From the IMG/VR virus record IMGVR_UViG_3300025018_000332, positions 1 through 35,457 of that record: DNA of 35,457 nucleotides; one strand, 5' to 3'. A program made the translations under genes and the position numbers. Positions 1 to 8,662 of this stretch are shown piece by piece (the stretch's first letter is position 1; every line of letters starts with the position of its first letter). Source of the DNA: a virus. Lineage: Duplodnaviria; Caudoviricetes. The notes beneath the pieces were generated by a model. That model was given only the letters and a program-made list of their open reading frames with translations, was not told the DNA's origin and ran no database searches.

Positions 1-33
1 ATATGAGAAGTTTATTAAGATGTTAGAAGAAAA

Positions 34-177
34 ATGAACACACCTGTTTGTGGTAAATGTAAAGAAATTAGAACTAATGTAAACTCTAATGTAAACTATA
101 AAGTTGCTAATGTGAACAAACAAAGAACGTCGATAAACGTCTATAAAAGTAAAAACAATGAAAAAACTAATAAGTAA
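34..177 (+). CDS. small hypothetical protein (47 aa, CxxC, NVN repeats)
   Basis: ATG at 34 open to TAA at 175-177 (MNTPVCGKCKEIRTNVNSNVN...); not in the supplied ORF track (shortest entry 60 aa); overlaps the start of the next ORF. Confidence 0.4.
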   Translation: MNTPVCGKCKEIRTNVNSNVNYKVANVNKQRTSINVYKSKNNEKTNK

Positions 178-340
178 TGATGTTGATGAGCAAGTAATAA
201 TTAAAGAAAGAGAGGGGGGACTCATGTCATATAGGGCAATACACTATAAAACCCTAATTTCTATGAGAAAAATTAGAGAAACTTGTCAGAAATATGGTCT
301 AAATAAAAAAAGTAAAAGAATAACAATAAACAGAAAATGA
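158..340 (+). CDS. hypothetical basic protein
   Basis: ORF track; ATGA overlap with next gene. Confidence 0.6.
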   Translation: MKKLISNDVDEQVIIKEREGGLMSYRAIHYKTLISMRKIRETCQKYGLNKKSKRITINRK

Positions 341-705
341 TAAGTTACACAAAAGAATCCCAGCTAAAGACTGCTAAACAGAAGAAATTACAAGCAAAGA
401 TAAACTCTGAGGCTAACAAGAAGCTTGATAAAATATATAAAAAACTAGGACTAAGAGACATATGTGAAGTAAATATGTCTCCCACGTGTTTAAAGGTAGC
501 AAAAACGTCTTCAGTTGGAACTAGGCTTGAGATGACCTATGCACATAAAAACAAGCGAATTTGGTATAAATCACAAGGAAATCAAAAGTATTTATCATCA
601 TTTGAGCATACTGTAAGAGCTTGCCTTCATTGTCATATAGAAATGGAAAAAAACAGAGCTAAAACACTAGAGGTATTTAAGAGGCTTAGGCCAGAAAGGA
701 GTTAA
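337..705 (+). CDS. putative HNH-like/zinc-binding nuclease
   Basis: C..C, AH and C-terminal ACLHCH motif resembling phage HNH/NinG-like proteins. Confidence 0.5.
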   Translation: MISYTKESQLKTAKQKKLQAKINSEANKKLDKIYKKLGLRDICEVNMSPTCLKVAKTSSVGTRLEMTYAHKNKRIWYKSQGNQKYLSSFEHTVRACLHCHIEMEKNRAKTLEVFKRLRPERS

Positions 706-707
706 AT

Positions 708-971
708 ATGTATAAAAGAAGATTTATATATAATGCTAAAAAATTATTCAAAGGGGATAGAATTGGATTGAATAATAATGATGATTATGTTGCTATACCA
801 GATAGACATTTTAATACTTCTACAGCAGTAATGGTCAACTATGCTGGTGATCAAAGAGAGATATTTGAGTTAGATGTAGTTAAAAAGAAAGTTTTTAATG
901 ATAAGTTTAGACCAGGAGAAACTTATACACTATATTATTTCCTGTGGGAAAATCTAGAAGAAGGAGAATAA
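708..971 (+). CDS. hypothetical protein
   Basis: ORF with strong SD AAGGAG upstream. Confidence 0.75.
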   Translation: MYKRRFIYNAKKLFKGDRIGLNNNDDYVAIPDRHFNTSTAVMVNYAGDQREIFELDVVKKKVFNDKFRPGETYTLYYFLWENLEEGE

Positions 972-972
972 A

Positions 973-1197
973 ATGAATGAAGTAACAACAAAATACCTAG
1001 AAAAATGGAGAATTAAAATCGTGGATAAGATGACTGGAGACATAATGGATGGAAAGTATTACATACTGGAAGACATGCAACACGTCAAAGAAGTTATTGA
1101 GGACATTGTAAACAGATTAGATAAAGTTGGAGTTAGGGAAGATGATATAAAAGTAGAGACACAGTTTATTAAGTATATAGCTAGAGAAAACGCCTAG
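973..1197 (+). CDS. hypothetical protein
   Basis: ORF with SD AAGGAG, tightly packed. Confidence 0.75.
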   Translation: MNEVTTKYLEKWRIKIVDKMTGDIMDGKYYILEDMQHVKEVIEDIVNRLDKVGVREDDIKVETQFIKYIARENA

Positions 1198-1210
1198 TAA
1201 AAAAGGAAAT

Positions 1211-1522
1211 ATGGCATTAAAAGAACATTCAGTAGAGCAAGTAGACATTCCTGATCTTAAACCAAAGGCATCTACAACAGACATTTTAAAGAAGTTTATA
1301 AGCGAATCAATAACTGCATTAAGAGCTGAAATTGCACACAGAAGAAATAGTCTTAAATCAGGTGAAAGAGATCTGATATTAGCTTATGAGCATTTAGAAC
1401 TTGCTGGCATTTATGTAAACAGATCAGAAGACATGTCTCCATATGATGTAATGAAAGTTATGAAAGAAGATAGCCAGAAGACAAAAGATTTATTTAAAAG
1501 AACTCACCCCGAGTTAGATTAG
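1211..1522 (+). CDS. hypothetical protein
   Basis: ORF with SD AAGGA. Confidence 0.75.
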   Translation: MALKEHSVEQVDIPDLKPKASTTDILKKFISESITALRAEIAHRRNSLKSGERDLILAYEHLELAGIYVNRSEDMSPYDVMKVMKEDSQKTKDLFKRTHPELD

Positions 1523-1547
1523 TGAAAAGGACTTAGCCTTAGGTTTG

Positions 1548-1556
1548 TGGTATATT
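1548..1556 (+). promoter_or_regulatory. extended -10 promoter (TGG-TATATT) for terS, probably giving a leaderless mRNA
   Basis: TGn-TATATT ends at 1556; ATG at 1563 is at the expected +1; no SD in between. Confidence 0.5.
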
Positions 1557-1562
1557 TAATGA

Positions 1563-2183
1563 ATGCCAAAAACAAAGACGGAAAAACCGATTTCTAGGGC
1601 TAAGTCAACTAAAAAGAATACCCCAAAAAAGAAAAGAATTATAAAGAAAAAAGGTAGAAAACTTACTAAAGATGGTAAGCAGTACGGCAAACGTAGTCCT
1701 AAGTTTTTTCAGTTCAAAGGACAAGATGGAAAAACATACGGATTAACATTTCAACAAAAAGAGTTTGTAGAACATTATTTAGATTTTAGAGGTAATGGAG
1801 TAGATGCCATCATCGAGTCTGGATATAATGTTTGGAAAAAGGACAAGAGTGGAAATAAGCTTCACCCGAACAAAAAACTAGCTGCGGTGATGTCTTGTGA
1901 GAACCTAATGAAACCTAATGTTGTCGCATATAAGAACCTTTTGCTTAAAGATTATGGATTTAATTCAGAGGCTGTATATGAGCAGCATTTATTTTTAATC
2001 AACCAAGATGCTAATTTGAATGCAAAGAGCAAAGGCGTTGATATGTTCTATAAATTAAAAGGAGAATACGCCCCAGAAAGACACGAGGTTACAGTTAAAG
2101 ACAGATTAGACAAGATGACAGCTGAAGAACTACAAGCAGTTGTTGAAAGCGGTAAGTTACCAGAATCTGAAGATTTAACATGA
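1563..2183 (+). CDS. terS: terminase small subunit
   Basis: LTFQQKEFVEHYL..NGVDAIIESGY..AAVMSCENLMKPNV matches the phage TerS HTH pattern; directly upstream of terL. Confidence 0.85.
   Translation: MPKTKTEKPISRAKSTKKNTPKKKRIIKKKGRKLTKDGKQYGKRSPKFFQFKGQDGKTYGLTFQQKEFVEHYLDFRGNGVDAIIESGYNVWKKDKSGNKLHPNKKLAAVMSCENLMKPNVVAYKNLLLKDYGFNSEAVYEQHLFLINQDANLNAKSKGVDMFYKLKGEYAPERHEVTVKDRLDKMTAEELQAVVESGKLPESEDLT
1578..1590 (+). promoter_or_regulatory. copy of the ACGGAAAAACCGA motif inside the terS 5' coding region
   Basis: 13/13 identity to the copies at 3921, 8585 and 11627; no terminator follows. Confidence 0.55.
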
Positions 2184-2809
2184 CAGAGTATAACGAGATA
2201 CAGTTAGCAGCACTTAAGAAACTTGCATATCAAAGAGTTGCTGAGAAATACCGATTCTTTGTGCCTAATGGTAAGGCAGAGGAGTTTATTAAGGTGGTTG
2301 GATCAGATAAGTATTTTGTAAGCCTGTTCTCAGCTGCTAATGGTCTTGGGAAGACAGCAACAAGTGTAAATATACTAGCTCATCTATTCTGGCCATGCGG
2401 TAATAAATACTTTCAACATCCCTTGTTTACTGACTACCGATATCCACTCAAGAAGGGTCGTATTGTTTCTGACTCAACTACAATAGCAGAAGCTATTATT
2501 CCAGAGATGAAGAAATGGTTTCCAAAAGATAAATACGTTACCTCGAAGAAGGGTAAAAACTACGAGTATAACTGGAAGACAAACACAGGATTTGATTTTG
2601 ATTGCATGACCTACAACCAGAGTTTAACTGAGTTTGAATCAGTTAACCTTTCGTGGGCTTATTTTGACGAACCACCACCAGAGGCAATATACAAGGCCAC
2701 AGTTTCACGTATGAGAAGAGGTGGATTTATATTTATTGCTGCTACTCCTCTGATGGGTAGTGCATGGATGTACGATAAGATATATACGAAAGCTACATAT
2801 AGTAATTAA
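2180..2809 (+). CDS. terL: terminase large subunit, N-terminal ATPase part
   Basis: Walker A ANGLGKT, Walker B WAYFDEPP, motif III AATP. Confidence 0.85.
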   Translation: MTEYNEIQLAALKKLAYQRVAEKYRFFVPNGKAEEFIKVVGSDKYFVSLFSAANGLGKTATSVNILAHLFWPCGNKYFQHPLFTDYRYPLKKGRIVSDSTTIAEAIIPEMKKWFPKDKYVTSKKGKNYEYNWKTNTGFDFDCMTYNQSLTEFESVNLSWAYFDEPPPEAIYKATVSRMRRGGFIFIAATPLMGSAWMYDKIYTKATYSN

Positions 2810-2810
2810 T

Positions 2811-3686
2811 ATGAATGAAACATTTAATTATGACGATATCGTTAGAGAAGTAGCAGTTATACATGCTGATATTGAGGCTAATTGTAAAGAACATGGAGTA
2901 AGAGGTATTTTAGAACATGCTGACATTGAGAGAATGATTGCTGAGTATGATGACGAAGATAAGCAGGCTCGTGTATATGGTAAGTTTCAACATCTCACAG
3001 GACTAGTATTCAAGACGTTTACTAGGAAAATACATGTGATAGAGCCGTTTCCAATAACAAAGCGTGATTTTACTGTATATGAGAGGTTTGACCCTCATCC
3101 AAGGAATGCTGATGCCGTTGGTTGGTATGCAGTTAATAAATACGGTCAGAAGTTTATTATTGATGAGCTAAGAATGAATGGAACTACAGCAGAAGTTGCA
3201 GCTGAAATTAGGAAGCGTGATGATTTATACAGGATAGAAGACAGAAAAGCTGATCCATGGATATTTAATAAAGATCAACATTTTGATGGTAGTGTTAAGT
3301 CAGTTGCCAGAGAGTTTGAAGATCATGGTTTATATTACACTCCAGCATCAAAACAAAGAACACAGGCTATCCAGAAGATCAAAGACTCACTTAAATATCA
3401 GGAAGTGGGGGGTAAATTAGTACAATTACCTGATCTATGGGTATTTAATACTTGTGTAGAGCATATTTGGGAGTTTGAGCATTGGCAGTACCACGAATAT
3501 AAGGGTAAAGCAGCTGAATATAAAAGTAGATCTGAGAAGCCACAAGATAAAGATGATCATATGATGGAGTGTTTGGGTAGATTCTTAATAGAAGACCCAA
3601 GGTTTACAATGTATATCCCTCAGTCATACAATAGGGATACGACAATTAATTATGGAGATGAAGATAGCTTAGATCCATTTGAATAA
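2811..3686 (+). CDS. terL: terminase large subunit, C-terminal part (ATPase lid plus RNase H-like nuclease)
   Basis: KQARVYGKF, RFDPHP and KPQDKDDHMMEC motifs; probable start ATG 2811 after TAAT (the ORF track extends it to 2760). Confidence 0.8.
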   Translation: MNETFNYDDIVREVAVIHADIEANCKEHGVRGILEHADIERMIAEYDDEDKQARVYGKFQHLTGLVFKTFTRKIHVIEPFPITKRDFTVYERFDPHPRNADAVGWYAVNKYGQKFIIDELRMNGTTAEVAAEIRKRDDLYRIEDRKADPWIFNKDQHFDGSVKSVAREFEDHGLYYTPASKQRTQAIQKIKDSLKYQEVGGKLVQLPDLWVFNTCVEHIWEFEHWQYHEYKGKAAEYKSRSEKPQDKDDHMMECLGRFLIEDPRFTMYIPQSYNRDTTINYGDEDSLDPFE

Positions 3687-3898
3687 TGAAACGAGACAAC
3701 ATAACCCACCAGCAAAGAAAGCTTATGAATGAGATTAAAGATCCTGATATGGCACTTTCAGTTATTGAAAAAATGATTATTGAACGTGCCAGAGGCGTTA
3801 AGTATGGTAATTTAATTATCTTTATTGAAGACGGTGTCCCACAGAGAACAGAGGTTAGAGTTTCCACAATGTTAACGCCTGATTCTTTTAATAAGTAA
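3686..3898 (+). CDS. small YezD/DUF2292-like protein, candidate late regulator
   Basis: YGNLIIFIEDGVPQRTEV resembles the YezD/DUF2292 pattern YG-x-V-x-I-x-I-x-DG-x-V-x-x-I-E; TAATG-coupled to terL. Confidence 0.6.
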   Translation: MKRDNITHQQRKLMNEIKDPDMALSVIEKMIIERARGVKYGNLIIFIEDGVPQRTEVRVSTMLTPDSFNK

Positions 3899-3964
3899 TG
3901 TGATAATATAAAAGTAGTCAACGGAAAAACCGAAGCACTAATCTTGATAGATAGTGTTTTTTTT
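3899..3964 (+). promoter_or_regulatory. attenuator element A1: extended -10, CGG-AAAAA-CCG box and intrinsic terminator
   Basis: TGTGATAATAT 3899-3909; ACGGAAAAACCGA 3921-3933; stem AAGCACT(A)ATCT-TGAT-AGATAGTGTTT followed by a T run to 3964. Confidence 0.75.
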
Positions 3965-3988
3965 AATATAAACATTGATAATTAACTA

Positions 3989-4876
3989 ATGGCAGAAAAA
4001 CCAGCAACTAAACCACAAGTATTAACAATATCTTTAGCTAATAGGGATCAAGAGTATTCACAACTTTTCCCCAATGGGATAAAAAGATTTTCAATGCAAT
4101 GTGATACTGACGTTGATGTCAGATTTGCATTTGTTACTGGTAAAGTTGCAGGATCTACTAGGCCATATGCAACGATGAGAGCTGGATCTACTTATTATGA
4201 AGATGATGTAAGTATGAATAGTGTAGTAATTTATTTGGCTAGCTCAACACCTGGATCAGATGGTGCTGGAGGATATACAAAAGGAGAAGGGATATTTGAC
4301 GATAAAAATGGTTTATTCCTAAAAGTTGTTGGTGGTACTAATTCAATTACTCAAATCTGTTCCTCAGTTATTTCAGAAGGTGGAAGTCAAGACCTTGGTA
4401 TCAGTAGGTATATTTCAACAACAGGAACTCATTTAGATGTAAATACAGAAAACACACTTTACGCACTTCTTGGTTTAAGGCTTAAATCAGAGTACATAGG
4501 TACTTCAATTAAAATACTCAATGCTTCTATTCAGATGCAGTCAGCATCTCATAGATGTGAGTGGGTAATTTTACTTAATCCGACTATAGCTGGTTCACCA
4601 AGTTGGTCATCATTATCACAGAGTGCAGTTCAATATTTTAAAGGTGCTACAGCTAACACAGTAACTGGTGGCTATGAGTTTACTGGAGGATTTGTTGAAT
4701 CTGGAGGAGTAGCCTCAGGAGGGGCAGGAAATGCCTCTAGGGGGATTGATAACGCTGTTTTAATTGGCTCATTAATTGATGGAACAGTAGATGAGCTTGT
4801 ATTATGTGTTAGACCCATTGGAGGTAGTAGTAATGTAGACGTAGAGGGAGCGATCAATTGGAGAGAAATAGTTTAA
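3989..4876 (+). CDS. virion-associated beta-rich protein, apparently chimeric
   Basis: ORF track; C-terminal QICSSVISEGG...AINWREI resembles a family of phage structural proteins. Confidence 0.55.
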   Translation: MAEKPATKPQVLTISLANRDQEYSQLFPNGIKRFSMQCDTDVDVRFAFVTGKVAGSTRPYATMRAGSTYYEDDVSMNSVVIYLASSTPGSDGAGGYTKGEGIFDDKNGLFLKVVGGTNSITQICSSVISEGGSQDLGISRYISTTGTHLDVNTENTLYALLGLRLKSEYIGTSIKILNASIQMQSASHRCEWVILLNPTIAGSPSWSSLSQSAVQYFKGATANTVTGGYEFTGGFVESGGVASGGAGNASRGIDNAVLIGSLIDGTVDELVLCVRPIGGSSNVDVEGAINWREIV

Positions 4877-4923
4877 TATATTAATTAAAAATGCTAGTAT
4901 AAGTAAAACAATAAAAGGAACAT

Positions 4924-5214
4924 ATGCCACAAAATTACGAATTAAACGATATGCAACCAAGACTTTGGATAAGTTCACAAAACTTACCTCAAGTTGATTA
5001 CTGGGTAGAGGGCGAAGAGTATGAGGTAGATGTTAAACTAAAAATGGTTTCTGTTATTAAAAGAGATGGTGAAAAAACAAATGCCGAATTTGTTATTATG
5101 AGTGTTAATGAGAAACCACCTACCGAGATAGCTATGATGAGACATAAAGAGTTTAAAAAAGCACTAGCAGAAGCTAGAAGAGAAGAAGCTGAAGAGAGAG
5201 GGGAATTATCATAA
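4924..5214 (+). CDS. hypothetical protein
   Basis: SD AAGGA; upstream TGC-TAGTAT extended -10-like sequence. Confidence 0.7.
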   Translation: MPQNYELNDMQPRLWISSQNLPQVDYWVEGEEYEVDVKLKMVSVIKRDGEKTNAEFVIMSVNEKPPTEIAMMRHKEFKKALAEARREEAEERGELS

Positions 5215-5639
5215 TGTTAGATAAACAAAATTTTGATATTAGTAATTTTAGATTAAAACTATTGGTAACCCCTTTTGAATATAAAGAGATGGCCGTCAAT
5301 ATTGAACAAGTTGGCTATATCTTTAAATATAATATCTATGATCCTAAGACCAAAAACTGGTACTCACACTATGTAACAGATGAAGAAGTTAATGGAAAGA
5401 CTTGTGAAACATGCGGACATAAGGAGTTAAAGAAAAAAACATATACTCCTAAGGAGATTGCTAGTATTGCAGAACATATTTCGGATATGGCCAGAGCCAC
5501 TATTGATCTAATTCTAAAGAAAGACAATGTTGAAGAGATAATTGAAGAGAACGCAGAGGGTATGGCAGTTGTAGAAGCTTTAGAAGAGAATATTAAACAG
5601 GGTAAAAAGGAATTAAGAAATGCTAAAAAACGAAAATAA
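5214..5639 (+). CDS. hypothetical protein with CxxC
   Basis: TAATG coupling; CETCGH. Confidence 0.7.
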   Translation: MLDKQNFDISNFRLKLLVTPFEYKEMAVNIEQVGYIFKYNIYDPKTKNWYSHYVTDEEVNGKTCETCGHKELKKKTYTPKEIASIAEHISDMARATIDLILKKDNVEEIIEENAEGMAVVEALEENIKQGKKELRNAKKRK

Positions 5640-7566
5640 AACAGAAAAAGAAGAGGTAAACAACAAAGCACCAGAAGCTCCTCAGGATTTTTCTGATCTT
5701 CTTAAACAATTTGAAGCTGAATATGTCTTGGGACATGATCATCAAAAAGAAGAACTTAAAGAGAACTTATCTAGGCTAAAACTTTACAATAATCAAAAGA
5801 AAGATAAAAAACGTGTAGCAGACACTAGCTTATTTTCGATCATGCAGACTATGTTAGCAGCTTTATATGTTAATGCTTTAAGCGTTGTTTTTGATGGTAA
5901 TGATGATGGTGATGGTGGAACAGCAGAAAATTTAAATAATATGGCTAAATATGACTACAAGGTCATGATGAAGCATATCCTTGATTATTATCTTATTTGG
6001 GATACCTGTTTTCTAGGTTACGGACTAATTGAAATGGAAGAGTTTGACAGAGATAAAATGCTTCCTGTCCCTAATAATATTGACGGTATGACATTTATTA
6101 GAGATCCTAAGGCCATATCTCCAAATGGAGTATTAAATGGTTCTGGGGCTATGAGGTTTGGAGGATACCCAATAGATATTAAGAAAACTGATTTAAACCC
6201 TGATAATGGTTATTTTGACTATGATGGTATTACTATCGAAGAAGAGATTGATTCTTTAATGAAGGATGCTCAAGACGCTAGGGATCAAGCAGAGGGGTAT
6301 CAAACATTAAGAAATAAAAATATTTCTAGTAAAGACATGGGAGATAATGTTATCTACCCAGCTTTCAAGTGGTTTACTCATCACAAAGGTAACAAGATTA
6401 AGATGATTGTAGCCAACAACAGACAGAGAATTATTAAATATGAGGTTATTGGTAAATCATCTGATCCCAAGGTCAAATTCCCAATTATTAAGAGAGACTT
6501 GTTCCCTAATAGTAAATCATGGTCAGGAACTTCTATCCCTGATTTAGTGGAAGATAAACAAAGACAGAAATCTGTAATGCTTAATTTAGCACTAGATTCG
6601 GTCAAATCAGCAACTTACCCAGCAATGGTATATGCAGAGAACAGAATTAAAAACAAAGCCGATTTAAAGCGTATTAAATTTAATAAACTAATAGGAGTTA
6701 AGGGTGAGGCAGATATCAGAGGAGCAGTAGCCCCATTAGCCAAAGACATGCCTAGGATGGATCTAATTAACTATATTTTAGATGCACTTGATGGATCAGC
6801 ACAAATTGCCACAGGATCACCTGAGATGCAACAGGGTCAACTTTCTGGTAAGTCAAGAACCTTAGGAGAGTTAAACTTAGTCCAATCAAATGTTACCAAG
6901 AGACACACTTTAGCAGGTAGAATATTTGGATGGTCTGAACATGCTTTTTGGGAAATGTGGTATGAACTGTATAAGAAACACTTTAAATCAGGTATTGATG
7001 AGAAGATGATCAGAATAACTGGTGCTTATGGTAATAGGTGGAGAAAACTCACTAAAGAGAATATGACCTATCTTCAAGATCCAGATATTACTATTGAAGA
7101 CAATGATACTAATGAATCAAGAAATGCTAGAGAAAGAATATTGATGACTAATTATGGCAATGTAATTATTAACGATCCAGAAGCAAACCAGAGATACTTC
7201 AGAAAGAATATCTTGGGTAAACTAAATGGCCTTGATCATGAGCAACTTGAGAGGTTATACCCTCCATCTGTAGATGAATTATTAGCCTTAGAAGAGAACG
7301 AAAAACTATCTAACAATGATTTAGTCCCAGTTGGAGAAAATGATAATCATGAGATACATATTGAACAACACATGAGAGCAGCACAAACAAACGCACTTGA
7401 TTCTCATGTTAAAGCACATAGAACTATGCAGAGGATTAAAAAGAATCAGCCTGATATCTTCCCTCAAGAAAATCCAATTGAAGGACTAGGAGAAGAAGTC
7501 CCTCAAGCTGGTCAAAGATCATTATCAGCTCAAAATGCTGTTCCAAATATTAACTTGGAGGTCTAA
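5620..7566 (+). CDS. portal protein (P22-like/podovirus type)
   Basis: 648 aa; lies between terL and scaffold/MCP; SIPDLVEDKQRQKS and TGSPEMQQG..RTLGE portal-like motifs. Confidence 0.85.
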   Translation: MLKNENKTEKEEVNNKAPEAPQDFSDLLKQFEAEYVLGHDHQKEELKENLSRLKLYNNQKKDKKRVADTSLFSIMQTMLAALYVNALSVVFDGNDDGDGGTAENLNNMAKYDYKVMMKHILDYYLIWDTCFLGYGLIEMEEFDRDKMLPVPNNIDGMTFIRDPKAISPNGVLNGSGAMRFGGYPIDIKKTDLNPDNGYFDYDGITIEEEIDSLMKDAQDARDQAEGYQTLRNKNISSKDMGDNVIYPAFKWFTHHKGNKIKMIVANNRQRIIKYEVIGKSSDPKVKFPIIKRDLFPNSKSWSGTSIPDLVEDKQRQKSVMLNLALDSVKSATYPAMVYAENRIKNKADLKRIKFNKLIGVKGEADIRGAVAPLAKDMPRMDLINYILDALDGSAQIATGSPEMQQGQLSGKSRTLGELNLVQSNVTKRHTLAGRIFGWSEHAFWEMWYELYKKHFKSGIDEKMIRITGAYGNRWRKLTKENMTYLQDPDITIEDNDTNESRNARERILMTNYGNVIINDPEANQRYFRKNILGKLNGLDHEQLERLYPPSVDELLALEENEKLSNNDLVPVGENDNHEIHIEQHMRAAQTNALDSHVKAHRTMQRIKKNQPDIFPQENPIEGLGEEVPQAGQRSLSAQNAVPNINLEV

Positions 7567-7568
7567 AA

Positions 7569-7928
7569 ATGATAGAAGATAAAAAAGTTCCAGAACCTAG
7601 TATTCTGGATGATATTAATGATGAGAGTGATCAGGCTCAAGCCATCGCTGATTTTAGATCGTTGGTTAAGCACAATGGCTGGAGAAGAATAGTTAAGTAT
7701 TACGAAGATGTAATGAGATATCATCAGGCTCAATTAAACGGTGATACTGATGTAAATGCTATTAAATCAATGAGTGATCTCAGTTTAATTAGATTTAAAA
7801 GAGATAGTGCTGAAAGACTAATGAACTTACCAGATATATTAATAGGATTAATTAAGTTTGAAAGTGAGGACTTAATACTTGATCCGCACTATGTACCCGA
7901 TGATTTTGATGATAATATAGATAAATAG
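7569..7928 (+). CDS. small head-assembly-associated protein
   Basis: between portal and scaffold; LVKHNGWRRI motif typical of this slot; SD GGAGG. Confidence 0.6.
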   Translation: MIEDKKVPEPSILDDINDESDQAQAIADFRSLVKHNGWRRIVKYYEDVMRYHQAQLNGDTDVNAIKSMSDLSLIRFKRDSAERLMNLPDILIGLIKFESEDLILDPHYVPDDFDDNIDK

Positions 7929-7948
7929 TAATAATTACGAAAGGCGTT

Positions 7949-8536
7949 ATGACTGAAGAACAGAATAACCAAGAAGACAACAACCAAGAAAATCTAGAAG
8001 ACGGTGAAAATGGCCAAGAAGATAATACTCAAGATAATTCCCAAGAGGATAATAACGAAGATGCGATAGAAGATAAAGATCCTGAAATATTTGATTACGA
8101 TAAGATTCTTGCTGATGCAGAAGATGATGAAGACGATGAGGATGGTTCTAAGAAATCACAGAAAGCTATTGAGGCTATTAATGATTTTAAGCTTAATAAT
8201 GCTGTAGATAAAAATCTTAATGATTACTTTGATAAAAATCCTGAGGTTAAAGAATTTAGATCTAACGTAGAGAAGTTTGTTAAGCACTCAGAGCGTATTA
8301 AGTTTATCAAAAACGGCTTACCAGTATCCGCAGTTATTGCTGAAGCACTAGCTCCATATCAACAGAGAATCGGGGCTTTAAAGGCTAAAGCAGCTGATGC
8401 AGAAGCAAATAGATTAAAAGATGGGGGATCAAGTACTCCTCCTAAATCACCAGGAAAGACTGATTTTACCTCTATGAAGAGTACAGATATTAGACGAATG
8501 GCCAGAGATGTTAAAAACGGCAGATATAACGGCTAG
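7949..8536 (+). CDS. capsid scaffolding protein
   Basis: highly acidic low-complexity N-terminus, helical C-terminus, directly upstream of MCP. Confidence 0.7.
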   Translation: MTEEQNNQEDNNQENLEDGENGQEDNTQDNSQEDNNEDAIEDKDPEIFDYDKILADAEDDEDDEDGSKKSQKAIEAINDFKLNNAVDKNLNDYFDKNPEVKEFRSNVEKFVKHSERIKFIKNGLPVSAVIAEALAPYQQRIGALKAKAADAEANRLKDGGSSTPPKSPGKTDFTSMKSTDIRRMARDVKNGRYNG

Positions 8537-8631
8537 TTGACGATTTAAAAAAGTTCTGTAATACTTAGTAGATATAAACAGCTAACGGAAAAACCGAAGC
8601 ACTTGTTCAATGAGCAGGTGCTTTTTTATTT
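8537..8631 (+). promoter_or_regulatory. attenuator element A2 in the major capsid leader
   Basis: TTGACG 8537-8542, 17-nt spacer, TGT-AATACT; GCTAACGGAAAAACCGA 8581-8597; stem AAGCACTTGTTC-AAT-GAGCAGGTGCTT followed by TTTTATTT. Confidence 0.8.
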
Positions 8632-8662
8632 CTAGCAAGTATAAATTAAAGGAGAAAAAAAG

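Noticed and set aside
74-97. 12-bp tandem repeat CTAATGTAAACT as replication iterons
   Set aside because: Only two full copies, in frame within a small ORF; better explained as a short coding duplication.
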